Of a stretch of 64,000 nucleotides of DNA, positions 50,376 to 61,373 are shown piece after piece. The stretch's first letter is position 1, and every line of letters begins with the position of its first letter. Location of the stretch: assembly GCA_027923505.1 (NCBI GenBank), contig BROI01000016.1, positions 496,001 to 560,000 of the forward strand, written 5' to 3'. The notes beneath the pieces are model-generated. The model made no database searches. It saw nothing but the letters and a program-made list of their open reading frames with translations, and was not told the origin of the DNA. The translations under genes and the position numbers were made by a program. This stretch comes from Mayamaea pseudoterrestris. Its lineage: Eukaryota.

Positions 50376-50694
50376 TGCGACTGGATCTGCAGCTAGCAAC
50401 GCGTTCAACTACAAACCAGCGTATACTCGTAGTCGCTTTATAAAATGTTTTAATCATCAATCTTGCGCAATACAAATGCTTGCTGCTCCAATCGCTTAGA
50501 ATATGTACAATTTGAATATTTTCCCTCTCTTGCGCAACACTGCTCCCTGCTTCTTGCTCCCTACTTCCTGCTCCAGTTGGCAATTGGGTAGCTAAATGAA
50601 GCGATTCGGATAACCCGGACATGCAACAAGCGAACGCCAGAGATCAAATCAGCAGCATCATCCGCACGCAGCGTCACACAAACACTCGCTTTCC

Positions 50695-51658
50695 ATGGCA
50701 CCGACGGCAGGAAGCCCTTCTGCAGCTGCTAATCCACCTGCTGCTGCCAAGGCGCAGCGGCGGGGAGCCTACAAGCAACAGTCGCGCGCCTATCCTCGCG
50801 GCGTCTGTTTGGATTTTCGCAAGCTTGGTGGCTTGAGCTTGCTTTCGTACATTGATCATCATGGTATGTTTAAAGTGCGTGTGTTCGGACGTGGAGTCGC
50901 ATTGAACGTATGAAACTAGTCATAATTGCATTCAATATATGTAGAAATTAATTGGATCTAATCATTCTCTTTCTTATTCAGGAGTCCCAGTTCGTTCCGA
51001 CGCTCCCCTCCACGAACTCGCCGTCGCTGTCGCGCGCCACTTTGAAGCTTCCGATGTGGACGAGGAGGAATGCATCAGCGGCTTTTTGGAGCGCCTCGAG
51101 AAAGGGCCAACGGCTCCCACCGACTACACCTTTCGGACCGCCTACTTTGATGGCCGCGGACCACCCGTTTCCGTCCGCAAGCGCCGCCGCACCAAGTGGG
51201 CGGCCCGGCCGGGTGAACAAGTGGCGGCCAAGGTGACGCGGACGGATGAAAACGGGTCCTGGATTCTCGCCGTCGTGCAGCGCTACTACGCCGACACGGA
51301 TACCTATGACGTTCAGGATGAGGATGATACCAGCAAGCTGATTCGCTTGCCGTGGAGTCATGTAATGCGACTATCCACTGGAACGGAAGGACGCTTTCAT
51401 CGCAGCACGGACTGCATGGCCATTTTTCCGGAAACAACCTCCTTCTATCGCGCCAAGGTGAGCAAGAATCCCATTTGGAAGTTGGACAAGAGTGGACCAG
51501 TTGTGAAGGAGATTATTGTCAAGTTTGAGGATGATGAGGATGCCCAAGGAAGGACCCCTCACCGCCGCGTGCCGAGTCGCTATGTTATTCCGTTGCCGGC
51601 TGATTACTTTTACGATGAAGCGGATGATGTTGATTTGGTGCCGCCAACGGCAAAATAA
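50695..51658 (+). CDS. Chromatin protein: SAP30-like Sin3-binding domain fused to SGF29-like tandem Tudor domain
   Basis: Exon 50695-50863 and exon 50982-51658 join in phase 1. LDFRKL...LAVAVARHFE..VDEEECISGF, then GEQVAAK..WILA..YDVQDED..AIFPETTSFYRA..FEDDED..VPSRYV. Confidence 0.8.
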
Positions 51659-52036
51659 GAATTTTTAATGTTGCAGTGATGGCATGTGGAGGAGACTGGA
51701 GATGTGCATGTAGATGATAGGACTAAGATCAATCATAGTAGCAAAAGTTTTTGCAGGCTTTGTGAAACCATTGATCCTTCCACCTCCCCGCCCCGCGAAT
51801 GTGCGACGTTGTATCTATTCTTCTATTACTGGTTCTTTCGGTGGGGGATGGTTTTGGTGGGGGATGGCCGTCAAAAACAACACGGGCTCTATCGCTCGTG
51901 AGGATGCATCGCCATCAAGACCTCGTACAACGTCGCACCGAGTCTAAACGCGACACTCGGAAATGCTCGAGCATCGCACGCACCCATTATTCTTCGTTGT
52001 CCCTCTCATCGACCCAGACTTGCTGCTGCGCTTGCC

Positions 52037-53248
52037 ATGTCTAGGACGGCGTCAATACTACAGCTCTTGATACTGTGTAGTAGTCTAGCGAAATCATCGT
52101 TTGCTTGGATAGCGCCATCAGTGCCGCTCATTGCCACCACCAGGAACACAATACAGCCATTACGAGCAGCACGACGACGAGCACTCTTCATGTCATTATC
52201 CTCTACTCCTTCGCCATCATCCACCATGACGACATCTACTACTCCTGCTACTACAGAAGAACGAAAAATTGTCGCCAAGTCTAGTCTGCTACTGCTGGAG
52301 CATGTGAACATAAACATTCCCTCGCACGAGCATATTGACTTTTACTTAAATTTACTGAATCTTGGACTGGACCCTCGCAAGGCTGGCAACGTCATGAACA
52401 ATAACGAAACTAGCAGCAAGACACTCTGGGCCAATGCTGGCGTGTCGCAGTTTCATTTGCCGTACGGAGAAACGGCGCAGGTGATTCCAGGTCACGTGGG
52501 CTTGACGTTTCGCAACTTACAACAATTGCGAAACCGCATGCAACAATTTCCAAGCTCGTTCCAGTCGGCGGTGGAAACCATTGACGCACGCACCAACGTT
52601 ACTGTCATGACACTGACGGATCACTACGGCAATGTCTTCAAGTGTCGGCAGCAGCAAAGTCTCATCATGACGGATTCCGACTACCAGCTGCAGCCGCAAC
52701 CAATCGTTGGAACGAGCGAAAGTGACGTTGCCACTCGGGGCGCTGATTTGTTCGCACGCTACGGCAAGACGATCAGCGACTGCACCGGGATTTCCTACTT
52801 GGAATTTAATTGTCCGGTCGAAACGGCGGCAGTCATTGCCAACTTTTACGAGCATGTTTTGGGGGCGGCCACGACAGTGATGAGTGACGCCAACACGACC
52901 GTCGCCATTATTGCCATTGGCCAGATTGATGAACACGGACGTTCCGATCAGTCGCTCGTGTTTCGAGAAACCAGTGAACCACTGCCGCCCTACGACGGCC
53001 ACCACGTTGCTTTATACGTAGGCGAATCGCCAAGCGCCTTTGACCAAGCCTATATGAATTGCGAGCAGGCCAATGTGATTTGGGTCAATCCGCGGTTCAG
53101 CGACGCGGCAAATACAATCGAGGCGGCGCGCCACTGCAAGCAGTTTCGGTTCAAGGATATCGTGAATCTCAACACGGGCCAAGTGGTGTACGAGCTCGAG
53201 CATGAAGTGCGATCCATGGAGCATGAGTGCTGGACGGGTAGGAGATGA
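52037..53248 (+). CDS. Glyoxalase/VOC-superfamily protein, probably plastid-targeted
   Basis: Signal peptide ending SFA-W and a Ser/Thr/Arg-rich transit region. LEHVNINIP, QFHLP, GHVGL, GHHVALYV and ELEHEVRS. Confidence 0.75.
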   Translation: MSRTASILQLLILCSSLAKSSFAWIAPSVPLIATTRNTIQPLRAARRRALFMSLSSTPSPSSTMTTSTTPATTEERKIVAKSSLLLLEHVNINIPSHEHIDFYLNLLNLGLDPRKAGNVMNNNETSSKTLWANAGVSQFHLPYGETAQVIPGHVGLTFRNLQQLRNRMQQFPSSFQSAVETIDARTNVTVMTLTDHYGNVFKCRQQQSLIMTDSDYQLQPQPIVGTSESDVATRGADLFARYGKTISDCTGISYLEFNCPVETAAVIANFYEHVLGAATTVMSDANTTVAIIAIGQIDEHGRSDQSLVFRETSEPLPPYDGHHVALYVGESPSAFDQAYMNCEQANVIWVNPRFSDAANTIEAARHCKQFRFKDIVNLNTGQVVYELEHEVRSMEHECWTGRR

Positions 53249-53545
53249 GTATACTGTATAATAATAATACAAGAGAAGAGTTATAGTAATGTTGTCACAA
53301 AATGTTTATCATAGTGAGGCGAATGATGTTGCATTGACTGCTTGGCAGCTTTCGCGTGGGTAGCTAGATGTCCGAAACCGCTGTGACACGATTGATCGTG
53401 GCCGACTCGTCGACTCGTCCTTCGCCTTTTGCCACAGCCACCGTGGAAAATACTTGCATCAATTGACTACTTTTATCATATCATTCATTCATTGGAAAAG
53501 GAACAAGACTACATCCACTAGTAGTAGTAGCGTACTGCTTATATC

Positions 53546-55243
53546 ATGACGAAAGAGAGAGACGCTGTAGCCGATACCAACGGCAGCAGCAGCAAACAAG
53601 ACACGCTACACCAAACCATTTGCTCGATTCGCTCCAGCATGGAAGAAACTCACGATTCCGGCATCAATCACTCGCTCCAGTGGCGACTCGACGCGCTCGC
53701 CTGCATGCAGCGCATGGTTTCCGAAAATCATCAAGCCTTTGCCACTGCCTTAAAGCAAGACTTGGGCAAGCTGGAGGCGGAAGCGTACGCAACGGAGATT
53801 TTGCTCGTGCAATCCGAGATTGCACTCTTTCAAAAGCATCTGGCAACGTGGCTGACACCAACGCAAGTGCCGTCGCCCATGGCGTGTCTGCCGGCGCGTT
53901 CGCACGTGGAATACAAGCCACTATCAAGTCCAGGCGTCTTGGTGCTGGGTCCGTTCAACTATCCGTTATTGCTGTGTTTGCAGCCAGTGATTGGATCACT
54001 GGCGGCGGGCAATCCGACGCTGCTGAAACCGTCGGAACTGTGTCCGGCGACGAGCCAATTGCTGCAATCGCTGATTAGTCAGTATTTTGACAAGGGCGTC
54101 TTACAGTGTTTGACAGGCGGCGTGGTTACGGCGCAGGCGCTGCTGCAGCACTCGTGGGGAAAAATATTCTTTACGGGCAGCACGCGCGTGGGACGCATCG
54201 TCGCGAAGGCGGCGGCCGCAACACTGACGCCCGTCGTCTTGGAGCTGGGCGGCAAGTGTCCCGCTGTTGTGGACGAAACCTGTCACAAGCGTCACTTGAA
54301 TCAAGTGGCGCATCGCATTGTCTGGGCCAAGACGATGAACGCTGGTCAAACGTGCGCGTCGGTCGACTACTTGCTCGTGCACGAGTCGCATCTACAGCAA
54401 TTGTGCGAGTATCTAGTGCAAGCCTTACAAACACAGTTTGGACCAAGTGCGACGGAGCTGGGGCGAATTGTTTCGGTGGAGCATGCCGCGCGACTACACT
54501 CCATGATACTCGAGGTGGAAGAAATGATTGCCAACGAAAAGAGGTCGAGTACGGCCAGCAGCTGCAAGATTTTGACGGGCGGCTCGCACAAGAACCGGGT
54601 GAATGATCGCTTAATATTTCCAACGCTCATTGTGAATCCGCCCAAGTCGTGTCGCTTGATGGAGGATGAAGTCTTTGGACCAGTCTTGCCCATTTTCTCC
54701 TTTTCAAGTCGATCCGATGCAATCCACTTTGTCAAGCAAATTCCACTCACGCCGCTCTGCAAGTACATTTTTACAAGCCGCAGTAGCGTTTACGACGACT
54801 ATAATGTCAAGATTCCTTCGGGCAGCGCCATGCGCAACGATTGTTTAATTTCCCTACTGTCGCATGCATTGCCCTTTGGCGGTCTCGGCACGTCGGGGCA
54901 TGGCAACTACCACGGCAAGTACTCGCTGGAAACCTTTTCACACAAATTTGCCAGCATGCATCGCCCGCTCGGCGTTGGCTTGGATTGGGGCAATGTGCGG
55001 TGTCATCCCTTTGTGGGGCAGCCCGTCAAGGAGTTGTTGCTGCGGCGCATGATTACAGACATGCCGTACGTGCCAGTGCTGCTGACGAAGCGCAACGTGG
55101 TGCTGGGCGCAATGGTGGTGGTGGCAGCGTCCTGTTGCATGGCGCCGCAATATAGTGGCCTTGCGCGGAGCAATGACTTGCTGCGAACGTCTGCGGATCT
55201 ACTGGAGCATGCCGCCAAGTGGGTGCGCGGTCAGATTGAGTAA
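53546..55243 (+). CDS. Aldehyde dehydrogenase (ALDH3 / fatty-aldehyde type), C-terminal membrane anchor
   Basis: PFNYP, LKPSE, FFTGS, LELGGKCP, NAGQTC, EVFGP and PFGGLGTSG. Confidence 0.95.
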   Translation: MTKERDAVADTNGSSSKQDTLHQTICSIRSSMEETHDSGINHSLQWRLDALACMQRMVSENHQAFATALKQDLGKLEAEAYATEILLVQSEIALFQKHLATWLTPTQVPSPMACLPARSHVEYKPLSSPGVLVLGPFNYPLLLCLQPVIGSLAAGNPTLLKPSELCPATSQLLQSLISQYFDKGVLQCLTGGVVTAQALLQHSWGKIFFTGSTRVGRIVAKAAAATLTPVVLELGGKCPAVVDETCHKRHLNQVAHRIVWAKTMNAGQTCASVDYLLVHESHLQQLCEYLVQALQTQFGPSATELGRIVSVEHAARLHSMILEVEEMIANEKRSSTASSCKILTGGSHKNRVNDRLIFPTLIVNPPKSCRLMEDEVFGPVLPIFSFSSRSDAIHFVKQIPLTPLCKYIFTSRSSVYDDYNVKIPSGSAMRNDCLISLLSHALPFGGLGTSGHGNYHGKYSLETFSHKFASMHRPLGVGLDWGNVRCHPFVGQPVKELLLRRMITDMPYVPVLLTKRNVVLGAMVVVAASCCMAPQYSGLARSNDLLRTSADLLEHAAKWVRGQIE

Positions 55244-55536
55244 GTCTATGGTTGAGTATAACTGTATATATAACAAAAGTTTACCAAACTGATCATGGGG
55301 TCTTGCAGAATACGATGTTGCAAGAGCTAGGTAGGCGCATACTAAGGGATGGGGCGGGTCGCCGAAACCTATCCCTACACGACATCAACGAGTACCGCGG
55401 TTCTTAAATATCCAACACCACAGCGCACTTCCACGATGCGAAGCGTTACCTCAAAGCGCGGCGGTAAAACCGCTCATAAATTTGCATCCCATTCTATCTA
55501 CCTTACGGAACATTATACTCCTTGCAAAGACTAACA

Positions 55537-57312
55537 ATGAACACGGTAGGAGAAGAGATGAAGAAGATCTACCGCAAGTTGTCGGGTGTCATTTCAAGTC
55601 TTCAAAACAGAGGCAACGCGGATACAGAGGTCGCCTCCCTTGAACAAGTGCGGAATGACTTGTTTCGTCTCGAGGAAAACATATGGAACGTAAAGCAGCA
55701 GGATGAGATAGACAAATGTCTTTACTGTCTTAAATGCGGCATCAAAACCCCTTTTGAGTTTGGTGAGTTTGCGCCACTATTAGCTGAGGAATATGATGTG
55801 GACTTGGAGCTACATTCGCAGCAGATGGTTTTTTTCTCGCGCGATTCTTCCGCTCTAGATAAATTCATCGAAACATTGATGTTACCGGCATATTCATGCA
55901 ACATCAAATCTCTCCGGTTCGATATTCAGGACGCTGCTTCCATGGGTGGTACACCCAGTTCGCTGGCAAAGGTCGACACAATTTGTTACACACGCTTGCT
56001 TGCAGTTGCGGCACAAGTCGGGCAACATCTTGTATCTCTTTCGAAACTGGAAACACTGAGTCTCTTTATTGACGATTCATTGATTCCGCATGCGGCGATG
56101 GTTTTTGCTCCCATGATTATTGCGTGTCGTAAAGTGAAGCGTCTGTTTATTAAAATACACCAGATCAACCAGGAATTTCTACCGGTACTTAAATCATACG
56201 TGCAGACGCTTCAAGGTCTCGAGGAATTTTATATAGATTGCGGGACAGCAGACGCAAAGGCGGCAATCCTTGCACTGCTTCATCCCCTTGGGACTTCACT
56301 GTCCCTCCGGATCTTTCATGTCACTGCAATGGAGGTGACACCGTGTGTCGCCTTGGCGCTTGAAAACGTGCTGCTCCACCCCACAATGGAATTTGCAGAG
56401 CTCGACTTTTTAGATATTGCTTCTAATGAAGCGTTCGACATAATTATTCGCGCTTTAGGCCAAGCAACGCTGAAGCAACTGTATGCATTTGGTTGGTCGT
56501 ATCCGGAACAGAAAGGGGTGCAGGTGGCACAAGCACTGGTCGCTTCAAAGATTGTAAAATTGTGTTTTGACCACCATTGCAACACTGTCGCGTACTATGA
56601 CGCTCTTGGTCGGAGTTTTGCTGCCGAGTCGGAGAGTGGCTGCGTGAAACTTGGCTTCGATACAGACACTAATAATATGGCGACGTTTTTTCAATATGCA
56701 GATGGCTTTACCTTTCATACCCTTTGTCTTGAGTTCCGAAGCATTGAAACGTGGAACGAGGCGTTTACCACCTCTTTTGCGCATTACATCGCCAATAATG
56801 AGCATTTGCGACAACTAATATTGGACTGTTATAACGGGTTTCGGTACGGTCACATGCTGGTTTCGGCGCCGCTGCTAGGGGCATTTGGGAAGGGCCAGGG
56901 AAGCCTGGACTCCATTCACATTGTATCGCATGACGAGGAGCCGACTGGGATGGATTGGGCTCTAACTCTACAAAAGCATGTCGCCTCAAACCTGAATGGC
57001 AATCGCCGACGCTCGCGCGCATTGTTTGAGTTTGCTTTTCAACACCAGACTGAAAGCATTGGGCAAGCGGCTTTTTCAAAAGCATTGTCAAGAGTGAACG
57101 CGAGTGCTCGATTTGCGTTTCTGTCCGACAATGAATTTTGCTGCCGCAACGTACTTCTTCGAGATCCTCAAGAGGCCCAAGAGGCGACAACTTGCGTTTC
57201 TGTCGGGCAACGAGTTTTGCTGCCGCAAGGTGCTTCTTCGGGATCCTCAAGAGGCCGAAGACGAGGCAACTTTAGACACTGGTTTGCAAAACAGAAAGTG
57301 CCAATGGACTGA
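55537..57312 (+). CDS. Hypothetical protein with degenerate RNI-like leucine-rich repeats
   Basis: ~590-aa ORF with periodic LxxLxL segments (LETLSL, LEEFYI, LKQLYA, LRQLIL). The 3' end is affected by a 79-bp duplication. Confidence 0.7.
   Translation: MNTVGEEMKKIYRKLSGVISSLQNRGNADTEVASLEQVRNDLFRLEENIWNVKQQDEIDKCLYCLKCGIKTPFEFGEFAPLLAEEYDVDLELHSQQMVFFSRDSSALDKFIETLMLPAYSCNIKSLRFDIQDAASMGGTPSSLAKVDTICYTRLLAVAAQVGQHLVSLSKLETLSLFIDDSLIPHAAMVFAPMIIACRKVKRLFIKIHQINQEFLPVLKSYVQTLQGLEEFYIDCGTADAKAAILALLHPLGTSLSLRIFHVTAMEVTPCVALALENVLLHPTMEFAELDFLDIASNEAFDIIIRALGQATLKQLYAFGWSYPEQKGVQVAQALVASKIVKLCFDHHCNTVAYYDALGRSFAAESESGCVKLGFDTDTNNMATFFQYADGFTFHTLCLEFRSIETWNEAFTTSFAHYIANNEHLRQLILDCYNGFRYGHMLVSAPLLGAFGKGQGSLDSIHIVSHDEEPTGMDWALTLQKHVASNLNGNRRRSRALFEFAFQHQTESIGQAAFSKALSRVNASARFAFLSDNEFCCRNVLLRDPQEAQEATTCVSVGQRVLLPQGASSGSSRGRRRGNFRHWFAKQKVPMD
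57113..57270 (+). repeat. Imperfect 79-bp tandem repeat x2 within the 3' end of a CDS
   Basis: ttgcgtttctgtc...gatcctcaagaggcc starts at 57113 and again at 57192. Confidence 0.9.
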
Positions 57313-57591
57313 TGATGCGGAAATGGAAGATGGTCATGATGGTGTTTAATTGCGTAAGCGTATGCCGCCCAATGGATGCGCGGTCGAATTCTACCGGATT
57401 GAGACAGTGGTATATGTGATGACTGTTTCTATAATGTGAACGGAGCTGATTAAAAAATAAATATATATATTTGCCGACCTGTGACTAGAATGTAACATCA
57501 GCCGGCTATTGGCGATCCACAATCATGAGCGAGAATCGATGCGCGCACTACAAGTGGCCGACATAGGACATTGACCTTTCCTCATTACATG

Positions 57592-58380
57592 TTACTTGGT
57601 CCGAAACACTTGACACATGTACAATCGCCCATCCTTCCCACGCGCCTTGCCAATCCCCACTTGCTCAAACTGCCCCAGTATGTTGTTGTAGCTCGAACTA
57701 CCCACCTGCGTCATGATGGCGTGGTGCATTTCCTCCATGCTCACGCCGCTCTGCACGTTTTCGGCCACGCTCGTTTGCGCCTGCAGTTTCACGTGCAGTT
57801 CGGCGGCGCATGACACCGAGTGCACCACGACGAGCTCGCGCGCCAAGTTGGTGGCGTGCGTCTGCGCAATCTTGTCTAAAAAGGTGGTGCGCGTCAATGG
57901 AGGTAGGTTGTGGAGGGCACGTTCCTTGTTGAGCAGGTCGTGAGAGCGAGGCTTGTGGCTGCTGTCGCGTCGTTTGCTGTCGCGTCGCTGGCTGCTGCGA
58001 AATCGAGGACTGGTATTCGTCAGCGAAGGAATACTTCCTTCGAACGAAAGTGAGCTGCTATTGTTCAATGATAGAAAACTGGCATCATTTTTGATAGGTG
58101 ATTGACTGGTAGATACTCTTCGATGCTGCGGCGGAGCTAATGAAGCACTCTGGCGTCTCCTCGACTTTTCTCCGAGTCTTGAGCTTGAGGATTCATGTAG
58201 CTTGTCACTGCGACGATGACGATGTTGGCCCGAGCTTGTGCCTCGCAGTGAGCGAGTTTTTGTGCCTTTACTTGGCGATCTGTCACGTCCTCGCCGGGAA
58301 GAGTTTTCCTTGCCACCACTGCTGCTTCTGCCTCGCAGTGGAGACGAATGGCGGGGATCCTGATCAACGTGAGTTCCCAT
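57592..58380 (-). CDS. CAP/SCP-domain protein with Arg/Ser-rich N-terminus
   Basis: LLNKERALHNLPPL, IAQTHA, AENVQ, NILGQFEQVGIG and LYMCQVFR. Confidence 0.85.
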   Translation of the reverse strand: MGTHVDQDPRHSSPLRGRSSSGGKENSSRRGRDRSPSKGTKTRSLRGTSSGQHRHRRSDKLHESSSSRLGEKSRRRQSASLAPPQHRRVSTSQSPIKNDASFLSLNNSSSLSFEGSIPSLTNTSPRFRSSQRRDSKRRDSSHKPRSHDLLNKERALHNLPPLTRTTFLDKIAQTHATNLARELVVVHSVSCAAELHVKLQAQTSVAENVQSGVSMEEMHHAIMTQVGSSSYNNILGQFEQVGIGKARGKDGRLYMCQVFRTK

Positions 58381-58758
58381 GGTCTATTGTTTAATATGAG
58401 ACGGCTATGATACTGTAAAAGTTAACGCTTGGTATAGAATGGCCGGTGCATTGGACGGGCCAAACGTCCTTGGCCAGTGAGATGCTCGGTCTTGGTCGCG
58501 ATGATGCTTGCGGTCATTTTCGCAAGTTTCGTGGGACTGATAAATGACTATGACAAAATCGGAGTCTACTCGGAGTACAGCTGGAAATACAACATGTCGC
58601 ACCGATTCATGAACGCGTCAGCTCGTGACAGCAACGATCTTCTTTCGAATTCAGTTCGCATTCGCACCAAGTCTCGGAACATTGTCCTTCACAAACCTTG
58701 CCCAAAGGCCACGAAGCAATAGAACTAATACAATACATTCAATCAACGCCTTTATACT

Positions 58759-59637
58759 ATGTTTACTCACAAGATTCCATCATGCGGCTCGCTGCCGCAG
58801 CAACAGATTGGCTGCGACACGCTCGAGCCAGCGCAAGCCGACAATTCCACCATGCGCATCACCTACCACCTCTTGGCCCTAAACGCCATGAGCGCGTTGC
58901 AGCAATCACACAAGGACCGCATTTGGATCGCCGTCTGCGGCGGCCCCGGCGCCGGCAAGACGACACTGGCCGTGGCCGTGGCAAACCAAATCAACCAGCT
59001 ATCCCACAACGCGACCAAAGCCGTGAGCATTTCCATGGACGGCTACCACTACACGCGCGCGCAAATGCGTGCACTTGGCTACGACATGAAGCGGCGCGGC
59101 GCGCCGTGGACCTTTGACGCGGAGCGCTTGGCCAAGGATTTGGCGCTGGCGCGCGACAATCGCCACTTGTGTCTATCTCTGCCCGGTTACTCGCGCGAAG
59201 TTTCCGATCCAGTCGAGCGCATGGTGCAGCTGCAGGAGAGTCATCAAATTGTACTCGTGGAAGGCAACTACGTGTTGCTCGGCAAGCTGTGGGAGGAGTG
59301 TCACGGCATGAATGGCGTGGTTGACGATTGCTTACTGAAAATGCCATACGAATACGACGGTCCTCGCTTCATTCAACAAGAAGTGACGCGGTGGAAACCA
59401 GTCACCGATGGCTTCGACTACAGTTGGTTCGTTCATCCGTGCGACGGCTACAACGAGCAGCGCCGTCGACTCATTCAACGTGCGTTGCGAACGTGGAACG
59501 ATGAAAAAACTGCCTATTGGGGCGGCGAAACAAGTTTGGAGGCTGCCACGACGCGAGTCGATTACAACGATTACAAGAATGCAGCCTTGGTGGACTGCTG
59601 TCGCAAGCATGCCGATATTGTCATACCTAGCGTGTAG
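58759..59637 (+). CDS. P-loop kinase, uridine/pantothenate kinase-like (YFH7-like); 5' end uncertain
   Basis: GGPGAGKTT, MDGYH, RRGAPWTFD, DPV and VEGNY. A possible upstream hydrophobic exon starts near 58501. Confidence 0.85.
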   Translation: MFTHKIPSCGSLPQQQIGCDTLEPAQADNSTMRITYHLLALNAMSALQQSHKDRIWIAVCGGPGAGKTTLAVAVANQINQLSHNATKAVSISMDGYHYTRAQMRALGYDMKRRGAPWTFDAERLAKDLALARDNRHLCLSLPGYSREVSDPVERMVQLQESHQIVLVEGNYVLLGKLWEECHGMNGVVDDCLLKMPYEYDGPRFIQQEVTRWKPVTDGFDYSWFVHPCDGYNEQRRRLIQRALRTWNDEKTAYWGGETSLEAATTRVDYNDYKNAALVDCCRKHADIVIPSV

Positions 59638-59762
59638 CTGCTAACGTTTATAGCGATAGGTTGTATAATATGATTACGTTGTAATTTGTTGTGGTAGCGT
59701 TGTTGACTCGAACAGTTGTTGTTCGCATTATATCATCATATCCATTGCCCTTGATAACAATT

Positions 59763-60965
59763 CTACTCATTCGGCGCCGGCGGCCTCCCCGACGCCATGA
59801 GCCAAAACGGCAGCTTCCAGTCTGGAATCAGCCACGTCGGAACCCTTTGTCGCATCTTATCGTCAAACGCATAGGCGGGCAGCAAAAACTGGAGCGACCT
59901 TATGCTGACTGGTTCCTTGCCATTAATGTCAACAAATTTGTACTCTCGCGCCAGTTCGGCCACCACTTGGACGGTTCCCGCCTTGGCCATGTTGTTGGCG
60001 TCTGTTGCCACGGCAATTATGGCGCGACCCGTCAGTCGCGGCGACTCGGCGTTTTCAAGGGGAATACCGACGAGCTGGTCCCACTCGCCCGAAATCACAC
60101 TCTGTTGGGTGCGCTCCGTGTTTACAACGCCCGGCCAAAAACTCACGACGCAAACGTTGGTTTCGTCCATGCCGAGTTCCACAGCCATGTCCTTGGCCAT
60201 GCGGTCGACGGCCGCCTTGCCGACGCCATAGGGTACGTTGAAGGTGTACGACAAGCCGCCGAAGCTGGAAACCATGGCCACCAACGGACGCGCCAAGTGC
60301 TTGTGACGACGACGACGACTAGCCTTGAGCAGCAGCGGCATGGCTAGACTCGTCGCAACAAAATGTGACCGCAGTCCCACCGTATGCAGCGTGTCCCAGG
60401 CTTGTATGGCACCGTCTTGGTAAAATTTGGATTGCAGCACACTGACGCCACCCGACGGAAGCCGAAAGGCGTTGTTCACTAATATATCCAAACGGCCGTA
60501 CTCTATTTGGATACGTTGCATAAGCGCCTTCACTTGGGCATCGTCGGCGTGGTTGCAGTAGACGGCAACGCCAAAACCTCCAGCAGCCGTCACTTGGTCG
60601 GCCGTTTCGTCAATGGTGCCTGGACCTCCCGTTTCGTTCGTGGAAACATAAATGTCGAATGATGATGATGTATTGCGAGTAGTAGTATTGCAAGTAGTAG
60701 CATTGCGTGATGACGTTCCAGTCACGTAGACGATTGCTCCGTGGCTTCCAAGCTCTACTGCAATGCCTTTTCCGATCCCTCGACTGGCGCCAGTGACGAG
60801 ACACACGCAGTCCTGCAGTAGACGGCGGTCATTGATGTTATTGTATGTTTCAATGTTCAATAATGATGCATGATGATGTTTTGTTCTGGTGTTTGCCAGT
60901 GAAGCGACAAAGGCAGCCGCTGGAAGCAAGCATGCAGCCAAAATAATGACAATGAGTATTCCCAT
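59763..60965 (-). CDS. Short-chain dehydrogenase/reductase (DHRS1-like), probable bipartite plastid presequence
   Basis: TGASRGIGKG, LDILVNNA, SSFGG, YGVGK and WPGVVNTE. ATG 60965 begins MGILIVIILAACLLPAAA-F. Confidence 0.92.
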   Translation of the reverse strand: MGILIVIILAACLLPAAAFVASLANTRTKHHHASLLNIETYNNINDRRLLQDCVCLVTGASRGIGKGIAVELGSHGAIVYVTGTSSRNATTCNTTTRNTSSSFDIYVSTNETGGPGTIDETADQVTAAGGFGVAVYCNHADDAQVKALMQRIQIEYGRLDILVNNAFRLPSGGVSVLQSKFYQDGAIQAWDTLHTVGLRSHFVATSLAMPLLLKASRRRRHKHLARPLVAMVSSFGGLSYTFNVPYGVGKAAVDRMAKDMAVELGMDETNVCVVSFWPGVVNTERTQQSVISGEWDQLVGIPLENAESPRLTGRAIIAVATDANNMAKAGTVQVVAELAREYKFVDINGKEPVSIRSLQFLLPAYAFDDKMRQRVPTWLIPDWKLPFWLMASGRPPAPNE

Positions 60966-61373
60966 GGTGACAAAAGTGGCCGTCGAAGTCGGAATGTTGT
61001 GTTGTCGCAGTGAATCACGGAACGACGAGTTTAATGCCGCGTCTTTGCGATCTTGGGGCAAGCTGGAGTACAAAACTCCGTCGTCCGTCAGTTTGGTTGT
61101 GCACTTACTTATGCCTATTGGTGCACTGATGAGTCATTATGAGAAATTGAGCACAAGATTACTCAGCAAGTAATACGTCAGATCGGCGCATGAATCTGCA
61201 AGGTTCAGACCAGGCACTCGGATGCGCGAACTTGTGACGTACGATGAGATGTCGTACTGCTATTGCGAGTCGCGGCGCGGTGGCTCGCCGCGCACACAAG
61301 TTCTTTCAAAATACGGGAAGAAGCAAGCAAGCACTCCAACAGCTCCATTGTCAAGCACCAGTACGTATTCACA

